A stretch of DNA of 64,000 bases, taken from Utricularia gibba. Lineage: Eukaryota; Plantae; Magnoliophyta. The notes under the pieces were generated by a model, which was not told the origin of the DNA, searched no databases, and saw only the letters and a program-made list of their open reading frames with translations. The DNA lies in the NCBI GenBank assembly GCA_002189035.1, contig NEEC01000024.1, forward strand, positions 806,001-870,000, given 5' to 3'. Each line of letters begins with the position of its first letter. The stretch's first letter is position 1. Below are positions 13,850 to 27,285 of the stretch, one piece after another. The position numbers and the translations under genes were made by a program.

Positions 13850-15503
13850 GTTTTCATTCTACTTCTTTGGTGAAGTATTTTTATGATGAATTTCTATATT
13901 CTGATAGAGCAATGGTGCTTTCAGCAACTGGAGGATTTTTGAGAAAAAAGACTCTAACGGCGGCTCTTCCGTTGCTTGAGGAGTTGGATGAGCACTCCAG
14001 GCATATCATTAGGAAGCAAGCTTCAAACAAGAGAATTTATTAGGTGGAGTGCAAACTAAAACCATCAAAAAGGAAGCTCAAAGAATGTTGTTGTGATGTC
14101 TGAGATGATGAATGAGCTATTTTTATTCCAAACTAAGAAAACGCCATGTGGGAACTATCGCCGACTTGGACATCTTGCTGATAAATTTCCAGAGTTCTTT
14201 CAACAGGAGCACTTTAAGGCTATGGGGGATTCAAAGCTTCAACTCAAGGGAAAATATGATCCATATTCGAACACTTACAATCCAGGTGGGAGAAATTACC
14301 CAAACTTTCATTGGAACAACAATAATAATGTGTACAAGGGAGAAAGTTCAAGGATGGGGCAAAAAAATCTCCAGCGGAATTTTCAAGAGCAGCAACAACG
14401 TTCTTTCAGTCTCCACCATTTTAAAAACAAGTCCAACAACCTCACTGCCAAAATAATGTTGGAGGAAATTCTAGGAATTCTTTAGAAGAAATGTTGAAAA
14501 TGTTAATGGTGCAATCAACCAAAAATGAAGTGGAGAATTGACAAGCCATCAAGAATTTGGAGACTCAATTGACATTGGAGTTTGGAGAATTAACCAACAA
14601 CATCATATTCAAATTCTGGTGGAAGAATGAATTCCAGCGCCATGACATTGAGGAACATAAAGGGGAAATTAAATGGGAATTTAGTTCAATCTATGACTTA
14701 AACAGATGAGAGGCAAGAATTTCATGTTTTGGTTGAAAATAAGGAAGATGTGATGGTTCATTGGAAACCTACGAAAGTGAAGATCACTTAACCTCCTTTT
14801 TCTGGTAAGTTGGAGACAAAAGATGAACATGATGAGAAGGAGAAGATTTTGAAGATCTTGGGTAATACTCAACTTAATTTGAATATTTTGGACTACATTT
14901 CCCTGGTGCCACGAAGTGTCAAATATTTGAAGCACCTTTGCATGTCCAAGCCCAAGATGAAGAAAAAAGGAAATGTATTTTTAAGTGAGAGTTGTTCAAC
15001 CTTTTTAACCCAAAAACTTCCAGAAAAATGCAAGGATCCGAGTATATTTTTTTATTCCTTGCAAGATTGGAGATTTGAATATCAATGTGATGTCATAATC
15101 AGTTTATGAAGCTCTTATATTGGGACCTTTGCAAGCTTCTGGAGTACAAATTGAATTGGCAAATCAAAGTCTAATTTCTTCCAAAGGGTTGCTAGAAGAT
15201 GTCTTAATTCGAATTGAAGATATGACATTTCCAACTGATTTTAATGTGGTCAATATGCCTGCTAGAGGATCAAAGGATACTACCATAATTCTGGAAAGAA
15301 CATTTCTGAGCACATCTAATGCTATTATCAATGTGAAAATGGGGACAATTGAGTTATCTCTTGATAAAGAGAGGATTTTACTTCAGATGAAAGATGTGAC
15401 AGAGTATTCTAGTGATTTTGAAAATATTTGTTCTATGGAATCAACTGAAAGATTCTTTGAAGAACATATAGAGAGAGAAAATGATAAAAAGGAAAAAGGA
15501 TAT

Positions 15504-16902
15504 TGATAACACACGAATTTTCCTATTATTAGAGTAAGAAAATTATACTTTTGAATCATGTTTTAAGTGTTTATCTTATAGTTTTTAGTATTTTCACCAA
15601 ATTCTAGGACATAATGCGATTTTATGTGTTAATGGGCTAAATCCTTTGATTTAGCCCATCGCATGTTATTAACATTTTTCTAATCCAGCAGCAAAGTTCT
15701 AAAATTAGGGAGGATACATGAATTTCGTGCATTTAGAGATTTGGAAGAAGGGGCACAAGACACAAGGAGGAGACATGATTAATATTCAACCGCCTACAGT
15801 CTGTAGGTTCAGGCCAGGAACAGTACGAATGTCAGAAACAGTGGATTGATTTTGAAAAATGGAAAAAAGATGTGAAGATATTTTTGAAGAGAAGAGAAGA
15901 GAAGAAGAGAGGAGAGAGATCCAAGGAGGGGCTTCTCCCCCAACACGACGAGTACTGAACCAGGAGAGGAGAGGAAGATCTTCATCCTCAAGAACAGCAT
16001 AAGAGCCCAGTCTAGCGCTACTGTTCCGGCTAGGGAACAGTAGCAGACGGAAATCAGAACTCTTATTGCTTTATTTTCGTTTGTTAATGCTTTCAGTTTC
16101 TACAACCAACTCTTTCATGATGTTCTTGACATTTTCGTTGCTTTATGTTAATGTTATCATGTTTTACCTTCAAAGCATGAGTAGCTAAACCCTAGGAGTG
16201 CCTTGAGGTGAAGCATGGTGGTGGGGTCTAAGAATCTTAATAAAATTTATCATTCTTCTTTAGTTCTTGTTTCTATCAAACCATTGGTAGACCTAAGGAG
16301 GGGAACAAGTAGCTTCACAATTTAGATGCTCGATTTAGAGGTAGACCAATAAATCAAGACGTGAGCAATAGGTGTTAGTCCGGGGTGGAACCAATAGAAC
16401 CGGGTAGACCTAGTTCTATATGCTTTGCATGCGGGTAGACCTAATTGCAATGTTGGTGATGATATAAAGGACTAGCTTAGCCGAAAGTATGGTGAATGAC
16501 CTGGGTAGACTTAGGTTATTTGAAGTTGTGAGTATGGGAACATGGTAGATTAAATTAGGGATTTTGACACTACACCACCTACAGACCCTTAAGACACCTT
16601 AGTATTATTCCGAGTTAGAACCAGTACTTGTTACCTTAGCGTTAAGACCTAATATTGTCTACTTATCTTGTTTACCGAACTTGTTTACCACTATTGGTCC
16701 GAGCTTAGACTAAGACTTCTTGTTATCTCGAATTATGCATTTACTAAAACACTTAGCAAGCACAAGCTCTTCATGATCGACCCCGACATCCACTATACAA
16801 GTTTTCCAAATTTGTATTTTGTGTAGATTAGGGATTATAAATTTATTTGATATGGATTTTCTATTTTTATTGCAACGATATTAGGAAAATTTTCGTTTAT
16901 CA
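15504..16902 (+). mobile_element. Solo LTR, family X
   Basis: Starts TGATAACAC and ends TTTCGTTTATCA. TSD GATAT at 15499-15503 and 16903-16907. Confidence 0.92.
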
Positions 16903-17221
16903 GATATGAAGAAGTATTTGTTAAAGAATCAAATGTTGAGGTGAAGACGGGGCATTTGAATGCTGTAGAAGTTGAACCAGAAGATAGATGTGTGAATTTC
17001 AAGCCTTCTGTAGCTCACATGAAACAGGTTTTGATTGATATTGAGAAGAAAAATTCCAGAGTTAGTCTTATCATGGACCAAGAATCAACATTGCTTGAAG
17101 GATTCATCCAAAATCCAAAAGAAATTTTGGATAATGTTAAAAGGGAGAATGTTGGTATTAATTATTTCAAGAAAATTGACGGATCTGAAGATGCTTACAT
17201 GGAATATGAGGATTCATTCCT

Positions 17222-18616
17222 ATAGCTCTTCCAGTTCTTCATGCCAAACCTGGGTAGAATGATCTTTTTGAAGAGATTAATTATAGCTCTTCCATCGATT
17301 CCTGGAACTGTAAAAGCTTCTACCCATTTTGAGACATAATCCACCACCACAAGAATTTGGGTATTGCCATGAGATGAAAGAAAAGGACCCATAAAATCCA
17401 GACCTGAAACATAAAAAATTTCCACCTCCAGAATATATGTCATAGGTTCTTCATGTCTTTTGCACATATAACCCGCATGCTGACATGGCTTGTATACTTG
17501 AATAAATGCCCTCACATCTTGGTTCATGGTGAGCCAATAAAATTCAGATTGAAGAATTTTGAAAAGCGTATTGGAGGATGTTGCATGTCCTCCATATGGT
17601 GATGAATGACAGTGCCAAATAATGTCTCTTACCTCCTCTGGGAGTAAGCATCTTCTGATGATTCCATCAGCACACTGTTTGAAAAGCATAGGTTCCTCCC
17701 AAAAATAATATCTTGCTTGTGCAAGAAAGCACTTCCGCTCATTGAAGTTCAGATTCTGGGGCAAGACACCTCTAGCAAGATAGTTCACTAAATCAGCATA
17801 ACATGGTAGAGTTGTATCTAGGATAGCTAGGATATCTTTGTTGGGAAAGAATCATCAATAGATGACTACCCCACACTTGTTTCAGTCCATAGGCATGACA
17901 AATGATCAGCTACTCTATTTTTCTTGCCCTTTTTTTCATTAATTTCAAGATCAAATTTTTGGAGAAGTAGTATCCATCTAATCAACCCGAGCTTTGATTC
18001 CTGCTTGCTCAAAAGGTATTTCAAGGTAGCATGATCCATATGAACAATTACCTTAGCACTCACCAAGTAGGATCTGAATTTTTCATTGACGAAGACAATT
18101 GCTAGCAATTCCTTTTATATGGTTGTGTAGTTCCTTTGGGCTGCATTGATAGTTTTGCTAGTATAATAAATCACATGAATTACCTTGTCTTTTTTGTACC
18201 CTAGAACAGCCCCTAAAGCACAATCACTAACATCACACATCAGCTCAAATGGTAAGGACCAATCTAGTGATTGAATAATAGGTGAAGTAACAAGAGTTTG
18301 CTTCAGCGTGTTGAAGGCATGCACGCATTCTACATCAAAACAAAATTTCGTGTATTGCGCAAGCAGCATTGTTAGTGGTCGAGAAATGTGAGAAAAATTA
18401 GTAATAAATCTCTAATAAAACCATGTATGCCCCAAGAAGTTTTCTGATCCCTTTTACTGTAGTTGGTGCTGGTAATTTTTCAATCACCTCAATTTTTGTT
18501 GGATCCACTTGAATGTCTTTGGATGAAATGTAATGTCCAAGCACAATGCCTTCTTCTACCATAAAATGACATTTCTCCCAATTGAGCACCAAGTTGCACT
18601 CAATACACCTCTCCAA
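17222..18616 (-). pseudogene. Athila pol fragment (RT C-terminus, RNase H, integrase N-terminus/core), truncated at both ends
   Basis: LVLNWEKCHFMVEEGIVLGH (RT). PFELMCDVSD..GAVLG and RWILLLQKFDLEI (RH). HCHSSPYGGH, GLDFMGPF and VDYVSKWVEA (INT). RT-RH-INT order is that of Ty3/gypsy. Confidence 0.92.
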
Positions 18617-19939
18617 AATGATGCCTAGGTTCTATGAACATGAATCAAAATCAGCCTCATAAACAGATATATCAAGGCCCAAATTCACATGTTATGAGCT
18701 TAGGCCTTGATGACATGTTTCCAAAAAAGGAACATAAGGCTCTATTATCTTATCAACTTAAACTCATAGGGAGATTAGATATAGTATAGTGAAAATCACA
18801 TAGGAAGAGGTAAGACAAAAGAAAGTCATTCACATAGCATAGTAAGTGTGGTATGGACAACATGTTTAGTTTAACTAATACTACTCCCTACATAGACTCA
18901 ATGTTTAAAGAACTCGTAAAGACACTCTAGAAACACAAGGATTAATTTTTGCACCAAAAATGACCGGTAATGAGGTTCCTTCCCCAATGACTTGGATCAC
19001 AGCACCTAATCCTGTCTTTCCTCCTCATTTCCTGAAATAATTAGTGGTCTAGGCACTGAATGCAATGCAAAAAATCAAGAAGGCCATGTAGAGCAAGTAT
19101 GTAACCATTCAGAATAAAGTCTCACTAGAAAACATGAAGTATAGGCAGCAACACTAACATATCATGAGTCCATTAACTATGTGACCATTAATGTGTATGG
19201 TTGCACTCTCTTGATCTCAATAAGTTCAGTTTGGCAACCTTAGAAACGAAGATCAAAATGTTTCTTTTGGCTTTGGTCTTATGATACCAGTAGAGGGGTG
19301 CCACCCCCTTTACCAACTTCATATAGTTACAGCCCTTTTTTCCTTTCCTTTCAATTCCTCAACCTCATTCTATTTGGTGGCTAAATCTCCATAAGGATTG
19401 CCTCAAGCATGCTTGACATATAGGAATGTATATCCTGATAACACATATTTTTGAGTGTTTAGGAGTAGGAAAATGTCTAATATTTTACCACAAAACTCAA
19501 GTTCTAGCATGAATTTCTATGCTTTTGTGACTAGTACAACAGTCGTGCATTTTATTCCTAATTGAGACTAAAGCTCTGTTTGGAATTCATTCATTTAAAT
19601 TGCTTCAAAAAAGTATTTTTTTTTTTAAAAGCATTCTTCCAATAGCAAAAAGTGTTTGTTATACTTCAATTCTGAAAAATCTAAAATCTATTTGATAAAA
19701 TCAACTCTAAAAAGGTAACTTTTATTTTAATTACCATTTTACCCTTTTATATTTTAAGTATATATTAAAAAAATGAAAGACTATCCAAGTTATCCATCTT
19801 CTTTCTTAGGGTTTGTCGATTGGGCATCCACCTTCATACAATGAATTTTTCTTGGATTGAAGACTGTCGACACTTTCATTGGTAATGATCATTTTCAAAA
19901 ACTAATTATTTTTATTTCTTGGATTAATTTTCAGTAAGC

Positions 19940-21260
19940 TTGGAGAAAATGGTTGAAAAAATTGTTGCGAGTGTTTCATCGTTAATTGCTCAATGTTACC
20001 AGAATCGGATACGCATATTGCCATGTAAAACTAGGAAGTATTCGGGAGCTGAAATGTTAAAAGATTTGTTAAATGGAAATCCAATAAGATGCTACAACAA
20101 GTTATGGATGAGTACTCATGTTTTTCACCACATTTGTGAGTTGTTGAGAAGTTATTATGGTTTGAAACCTATTGGTAATCTTTCAATCATGGAACAAGTT
20201 GCTCATTTTCTTTAATATGTTGACCAAGCTCATAATCAGCATCACCTTGCTGAGGAATATCAGCATTCAAGTATGATATTTATTTAATATGCTCTGAAGT
20301 GTTTTTAGTAGGTATTTTGTGGATAAATGATTCATTTTATATAGTATAGCATGGACAATTAATAGATCAATACGTTCAGTTGCTCAAGCTTGTTTGAAGA
20401 TGTCTAAGGATTTGATTTATTTGTTTCGACCTCATAATATGACCCTCTGGAAATTCAAAATGATGATCGTTATGCTCGATATTTTCAGGTTATCTACTAA
20501 ATCTTAAACAATCTTTGTTGTTGATATCATGGTCTAATTTACTTCAGAGGCAATAGATGGCACTCATGTTGATGCTATCCTTCCACCTAAAAGACAGATT
20601 CCATTTATTTGGAGGAAAGGAAAACCGACTCAACATTATGGCTGTGTGTGATTTTAATCTTTGTTTCACCTTTGTTGCTGCTGATTCGGAGGGTGCAGCC
20701 CATGATTCACGTGTGCTTAATGCTGTCATTTTTTATTCACAATCTAGATTCCAAATGCCACCACAAGGTGAAGTGATTAATGCTTATTATAGTTATAAGA
20801 GTAATGATTCTAATGTTTATATGCTGGAAAATACTATCTTGTGGACTCTTGATATGCAAATAGGAAAGGATTTTTAGCTCCATATAGGAGGGAAAGATAT
20901 CATCTTCCAGAATTTCATCGAAATCCTTCAGTTAAAAATGGAAGAGAACTATTCAATTTCAAATATTCATCACTTCGAAGTTCAATTGAAAGATCATTTG
21001 GAATATGAAAGAAGAAATTCAAGCTAGTAACTAGCTTTTCTTCACACTTATCTTGGAAGACATAAGTTAGGTTTGTGATCATCACAATGGCTCTACAAAA
21101 TTTTATTCGAATCATGAATACTGATGATCTGGACTTTTTAGCTGATTTGGAAGAGTATGATGACCAAGATCCCATTGATGTTTCAAATGATAATCAAGAT
21201 GATTCAATGGATTTTTTAAGAGATATGATCCGAATGAAGATGGAAGCAGACAGAAGTTAA
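19940..21260 (+). pseudogene. PIF/Harbinger DDE transposase pseudogene
   Basis: AIDGTHV, NIMAVCDFNLCFTFV..EGAAHDSRVL, YYLVDS, FLAPYR and LRSSIERSFG motifs, with introns, stops and frameshifts. Confidence 0.88.
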
Positions 21261-21944
21261 AGGCATTTCGTTAGTTAAAATCTAGTGTTTTTCATTGTTT
21301 GTTTTTCAAAACTTTTTTATATGATAGCTACAATCTTATTTTTAGTTTCATCTTTTTGGATTTTTGTTAATAGTCTGTTGCTATATATTCTTCATTTGTT
21401 TAGTAGTTCATAAACATTATGCCAATGGAATTGTAGAAGTTTGAGTATTTCCTTTTAAACATCTCTTGAATGAAGTTTGAGTTCAAACCTCAGCTCAGAA
21501 GCAGTAGGTACATGTGTAAAACACCTCATGACAATCCCATGATAAGCCACTTGGTTATATGAAGAGAGCATTAAAGAAAAGCAAGGACAACATTGATTTG
21601 AAAGGGAACAAGTGTCTTCATATCAGAGCTACTCATCCTCTAAAGCAAAGTCCATCACATTGACTTTATCATTTGGTAGCATGTCACGATAGCAATGAGA
21701 AAGATGGTCAAAGCTCTAGTTTTCCTCCTAAGTACACCTTCCCACACTTGCTTTCCTATGACAAAATGAGCAACCCACCGCCAAATTCTAATCCCCTCAT
21801 TTAATATTATTTTTGTTACATGCTAGATAAAAAAAAACTATACATCAGCAGTAGACTCAAGTTTGAAATATGCATAATACATTATAATCAAAAATAATAA
21901 TAGTCACAAAACAATTCAAAAGTTCACAGATTATTCTTCTTCAT

Positions 21945-23181
21945 TTAAAAATAATGAATATCAAAATCATACTTTAGATAGCCTACTCTCTCTGCATTGT
22001 CTTTCGCTAACAACCAAATATTGTGTTTGGCTTCCACAGCAAACATTGACATTGCGTGCACATATAACTCACTCCCGAATGCAACTTCAGTGCAACTTTC
22101 TAAGATATCCAAAAATGTACTTATCTCTTTTTTCTCATGATCTCCAACAAACTTGTCTCTTGATGGCCCGACAACTTCTGCCATCTTCTCCAATGCCTTA
22201 GCAATCGCATTACATTCACTTGCCCTTGGACGTTTTTTTTGTTGGCTCTGGCTCTTCTAATAGGTGATTTCAATCCACTTTGGCTGCACGGTTGAGTTGG
22301 CGTGGTCTCTTGTGGCGAGATATCAATGTCGTCATCAAAATCAATGTTCTCAAAATCTCCAACTGTGCCTTTTTCTTCATCTGGTGAATTACATGAAAAG
22401 TGACCAGAAGTTGGATAAGCTACTGAATCTCTTGTCACCAAGATGTCATTAAAGGGAATTTCTTGCTCATCCATCAAGATAGTAGGACCTTTTTTATAGC
22501 ATCTCGCAGTCTTCTTAGCCTGTAACACAATTAGATCTTGACATTATGCTGAAGATTTTGCTGCTATATTATGCATCAATTTAAAAAAAAAAAATCCTAG
22601 ACTAAGCACGTATGAAGATAAAAAAATGAAAGTAAGAAGTTATCCATATTCTACAATTAAAAAAAATAATATCATCAAAAAATAAACCAAAAAACCATTT
22701 CACAATGAAAATAATTCCATCAATAATTCCACAACATTATATGTCACACATATGAATCAAAGCTTATTAAACACTACATGAGTACCTAACTTTTATAAAA
22801 AAAAAAAAAAAAAACCAGACTTGATTCAAGTGCATGTAGTTAATATACAAAAAACCAAAACATTACCTTCAGGTATTCAATCAACCAAGCATCCGGCATA
22901 TCAATGCCTCCATTAGGCTTAAAACCAATTCCAGTCTGTTTTGTCAACTTAACCCACACATCCCAACCGGTTTTCAACTTATCCCATTTGTTCCTCAATT
23001 GCTTTCGAGAAAAATTCTTACCGGATAAAGAATTAAAATTCGTAATGACATTTGCCCATCCTGTTTTATTGAAATTTTTAATAGACTTGTTTCCTACACG
23101 AACCTCTACAACACATACCCTAATAAAAAATTTGACCAATTTTGGATCAGCCCATAAAGCACAATCCTCATCTCCTTCCAC
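21945..23181 (-). pseudogene. PIF/Harbinger Myb/SANT-like DNA-binding protein (ORF1); start uncertain
   Basis: W.DPKLVKFFI...GW..V...FN..SG.NFSRKQLRNKWDKLKTGW..W..L..QTGIGF is the typical Harbinger Myb/SANT pattern. It also has the C-terminal F.....R..WL tail. Confidence 0.82.
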
Positions 23182-24038
23182 TGAACCATAAAATCAAGAA
23201 ATTTGGACAAAAAAGTTGGAATGAGAAAGAGGTGAGAATGAAGAAGAAAGAGAATTATGTTAAAGAATTACCAAGAACCCTAACTTGATGTGAATGTGAG
23301 AAATGAGGAAAAACATCAATATAAATGGTCACAAAAACCAAAAAGGGTAATCGGAATTTTATACATACGAAGCTTCCAAAATCTAAAAAAAGCTGGGGCA
23401 GAAGCTTCAATGTTTTTTTTGAAGCTCTCTGAAATTTTTGCTCCTTTTCTAGCAAAATTTTATACTGTTTGATAACAATTTGATTTTTTAAATTACTTTT
23501 TAAAAGGAGAATCACTTCCAAACAAATCTTAATTTATAATTTAGTCCCACCGTTAGTTTTAATTGTTGTTTGGAGCAATGCAGCAATTGTCAGCCAACTC
23601 AATTCAATAGGAGCCAAAAATAGCACAGTAAAATTGCAGAAGATAAGAATAAAAAGTTAAAGTAAGTACAATTAAATCCCAAGAAAGAGAAGAAAGGGAT
23701 TTTTGGAAATGATAGGAGAGAGAAGAGATATTGATCCTTGAACCTTGCGTCACACAGAAATTCCGGGGGGGGTGGAGGGAGGATTTGAAGAAAAATCGTA
23801 AGAACACACAAAAGAACAAGGAAGATGATTCAGAAGCAAAAAAGCTCTACTTTGAAGATTTCTTCCGCTCTTGAAGAACAATATTCCTAGTTTAGAACAA
23901 TTCCATCTTTACTATGTGAACTATTTACTTTTTCTGTTTCTGTTATGTACTATTTGTTGTTGTTTGACTTTGACATCAGAATGTTGCTTAGTATATGTTA
24001 TAAAAATGCTTTCTTTTCCCTTATCATGAGTAGCTAAT

Positions 24039-26735
24039 TGATAAACAAAAATTTTAGCAATGTCTTTGCAATAAAACCAAATTTACGTTATAAAATAAAT
24101 TTATACGCCCTAATCTACACAAAATACAAATTTAGAAAACTTGTATAGTGGATGTCGGGGTCGATCACGAGGAGCTTGTGCTTGCTAGGTGTTTCAGCAG
24201 ATGCATAATTCGGAATAACAGTGAGTCTTCGTCTAAGCTCGGACCAACAGTGGTAAACAAGTTCGGTAAACAAGATCAGTTCTCAACGCGAAAGATAACA
24301 AGACTAGTTCTAACAAAGAGTAATATTAAGATGTCTTAAGGGTCTGCAAGTGGCATGGTGCCAAAATTCTTAATTTAATCTACCATGTTCCTACACTCAC
24401 AACTTCAAATAACCTAAGTCTACCCAGGTCATTCATCACTAACATTGCAATTAGGTCTACCCGCATGCAAAATATATAGAACAAGGTCTATTGGTTCTAC
24501 CCCGAACTAACACCTATTATTCCCGTCTTGATTTGTTGGTCTACCTTTAAATCAAGCATCTTAGTTGTGAAGTTACTTGTTCCCCTCCTTAGGTCTATTT
24601 ATGTAATAATAGAAACAAGAGCTAATAAAAAATGATGAATTTTATTATGAATCCTAGATCCACACCACCATTCTTTACCTTAAGGCATCCCTAAGGTTCT
24701 AGCTACTCATACTTGGAAGGTAAAATATGATAATGTTAACATAAAACAACGAAAAATGTCAAGAATATCGTGAAAGAGTTGGTTGCAAAAACTAAAAATG
24801 TCAACCAACAAAAGTAAAGAAGTGATAGTTCTGGTTTCCGTCGGCTACTGTTCACAGGCTGGAACAATAGTGCTAGACTGGATCTTGATCTTCTTCCTTC
24901 ACGTTGAAGGTTTTTCTCCGAAAAAAAATCGCCCTTCTTCTCCTTCTAGTTCTGTATTCTTCGTGTTGGGGGAGAAGCCCCCTTGCGTGCGTTCTACACT
25001 TGTTTGCATGTTCTTCCCACTCTATCCCCCTTTTTCGAAATATATCTCCTCTCCTTTACTCCATTGCACTGTTCCTAACACTAGCACTGTTCCCGGCCTG
25101 AACTTGCAAACTGCAGGCGGTAGAATAGTGCTCTTTGTCTCTCTTCAGATATTGCACTTTTTTTTACTTGTTCCACACGTTTGTGAGCCTGATTTTTGCT
25201 GCAAATCTCCCTACTGAACTTAGTCAAACATTAGTAACAAAGGTAGTGGATTAAATCAAAGGATTTAGTTCACTTTTCAACATAAACACATAAAATTAAC
25301 ATGAACACACAAAATTAACATAAACACACATAAACATGAAAAACCACATTTACCTAACCTAAACCACAATAAAACGTAATCATTTTGTATTATAAAATTC
25401 AGAGAAAATGTGTCATTGTTAAGTGTCATTTTCTAGTTAATTATTATGTATTATTATGTGTTAATTTTGTATGAAGTCGCCCAAATTAGGAGTCTTATTA
25501 TTAAGTATTTGATTTTTACTAGAAAATTCCTATTTTCCCATTTTGTGTATATTTTATGTCTTTTTTTCTCACACTTTGACCGAGACATGTCAGGAGACTG
25601 TCATAGAGTGTTGCAGGAGTATTGCAGGTGGTCAGACTCTGAGTTTTCGTGCCTTGTGCACGAGTTGGAATGATTGTGGGTGGAAGACTGACATTAGTCA
25701 AGGCCCCTGACTTACGGCATGTCAAAATATGCAGCAATGATTGGGCGCAAACTTGCACGCAAAGAAAGTATGGTGGCACACGCAAGACAAAAGGAATGAT
25801 GGGAAGGGGACCCAAAGGAGTTAATGCACGTGGGAAGTCATATAAAAACCACTTGGAGCACTTAGTTTCGGACTTTTGCCATTTCCTTTCTAGACTTAGA
25901 ACTTTTAGGTTCTTCCTCCCTTCCAAGGAGAAAGAACACTTAGCTTTCAATTTCCTTTCTGTTTACATGGCATTTTCGGGCTAAAAACCTTGAGTTTTTG
26001 GGAAGTAGATGAAGTCTCCTTCCAAGTCTTGAGCAATACACTTGGTTCTTCGCTGAATTGATTTCGGATTCTGCATACTTCCACACGCTTTGTTGCAGTC
26101 TTTCTTTAACAACTCCTAGTCAAGGTCCATGAGTAGCAGACCACTTCTCGCGGATTTTGGTGAAGATCAAGGTGAAGAGCACCAACTCCAACCCTGCTGG
26201 TTTGAGGGAAGTAGTGGATTGTTTGTGGCCTAGGTACCGCGACAGTGGACAGGTTGTGACCTCGGACCTGCCACTGGCCATTGGGTATTAGCTAGGCACA
26301 TGCGGCAATTCGGTTTTGATGGCAATCAAAGGCAATCCTCTTGTCTTCCTAATCGTCCAAGGGGGAATCACATGAGACTATTCCCGTGCCTCTTTGTCAA
26401 TCAGAGTGTAAGGGAGAGTAGGCTATTCCTTGCTCCTATAACTAGCTATTCGGAAGAAATCAGTGAAAACCAAGGCAAGGACGAACAAAGGAAGGTGATA
26501 GAATCTTATTCCCAGAAATTGCGTACCGTAGTCAAGGTCCATTACTTAGGTTGTAACTTTTATTTCTGCATCTTAAAAACCCTCTTTTACAAAACCGTGA
26601 CATTTTGTAGAAGTTATTTACAAAACACTTTACACGAAAAACAACTCCCTGATATCGATATCGTACTACGCTTTCTAGTGTTTTACGTTTTAAATATTTA
26701 AAATTTTTTGAGGAAACGACACGCAACAGTCATCA
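24039..26735 (-). mobile_element. Solo LTR, family X, carrying a Y solo LTR at its extreme 5' end
   Basis: TGATAAAC at 24039 and ...CATCA at 26735. TSD CTAAT at 24034-24038 and 26736-26740. Confidence 0.85.
25417..26728 (+). mobile_element. Solo LTR, diverged family Y
   Basis: Starts TGTTAAGTGTC and ends GACACGCAACA. TSD GTCAT at 25412-25416 and 26729-26733. Confidence 0.88.
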
Positions 26736-26839
26736 CTAATGCACTTAGTCATGCCTTGAGATAAAAGGGTTAACAAGTTTGTTGTTCACTAAATCACATT
26801 AACCAAATATTACATTATTTCCTTACAAACCAACAGATC

Positions 26840-27285
26840 AATATGCGTTAGAAATCTGATGGCGGTGGCCGTATGGCACAGTCTGAGAAGGGCCGAATTA
26901 CGGCAGAGCAGGCGGCCGATATCTGAAAAGCGAGATCACATAGCAGGCGCAGAAAGAAACCGATGTCTGTAGAATTCAGGACTTGGTCAGATCGACCTCT
27001 TCTATAAATAGAAGAAATCATAACGGAAAAAGGGTTTGACCCTAAGCCTCCCAACCTGTACCTTTCTTCACCATCTCGTCTTTTAAAGACTTTCTCCAGC
27101 GAGCTCCAATAGCTCCGTGGATTTTCCGTCCTTCAGCGGTTTCCACATAAAAATCCCCACCTGCCTTTCTTTCTGTTGATCAAATTGAACTAATCACCAA
27201 AAAGTATAACAAGGTGCGATATTTCCAACTGAACCTATAACCCATAAATCGGCCCCATCTCGGACACCGATTTTCACCCTTAACA
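26840..27285 (+). mobile_element. 5'-truncated LTR, family W
   Basis: Colinear with ~9330-9765. Ends CACCCTTAACA. Confidence 0.75.

Larger units (their letters stand above)
11914..17220 (+). pseudogene. Athila gag-protease pseudogene, split by two solo LTRs
   Basis: Motifs HFLPKYYG, ERFNQLLESCPHHG, SNTYNPGGRNYPNFHW, LPEKCKDP and LLEDVLIRI..FPTDF..IILERTFLSTSNAIINV. Many stops and frameshifts. Confidence 0.88.
19572..23529. mobile_element. PIF/Harbinger DNA transposon (decayed, two-gene)
   Basis: Imperfect TIRs AGCTCTGTTTGGAATTCATTC / AGATTTGTTTGGAAGTGATTC. TAA TSD at 19569-19571 and 23530-23532. Convergent transposase and Myb/SANT genes. Confidence 0.88.
19436..26830 (+). mobile_element. 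Family Z LTR in three pieces (19436-19571, 23530-24038, 26736-~26830), split by a PIF element and nested solo LTRs
   Basis: Starts TGATAACACATATTTTTGAGTG, as at 38510. Pieces rejoin across the TAA and CTAAT TSDs. Confidence 0.8.
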
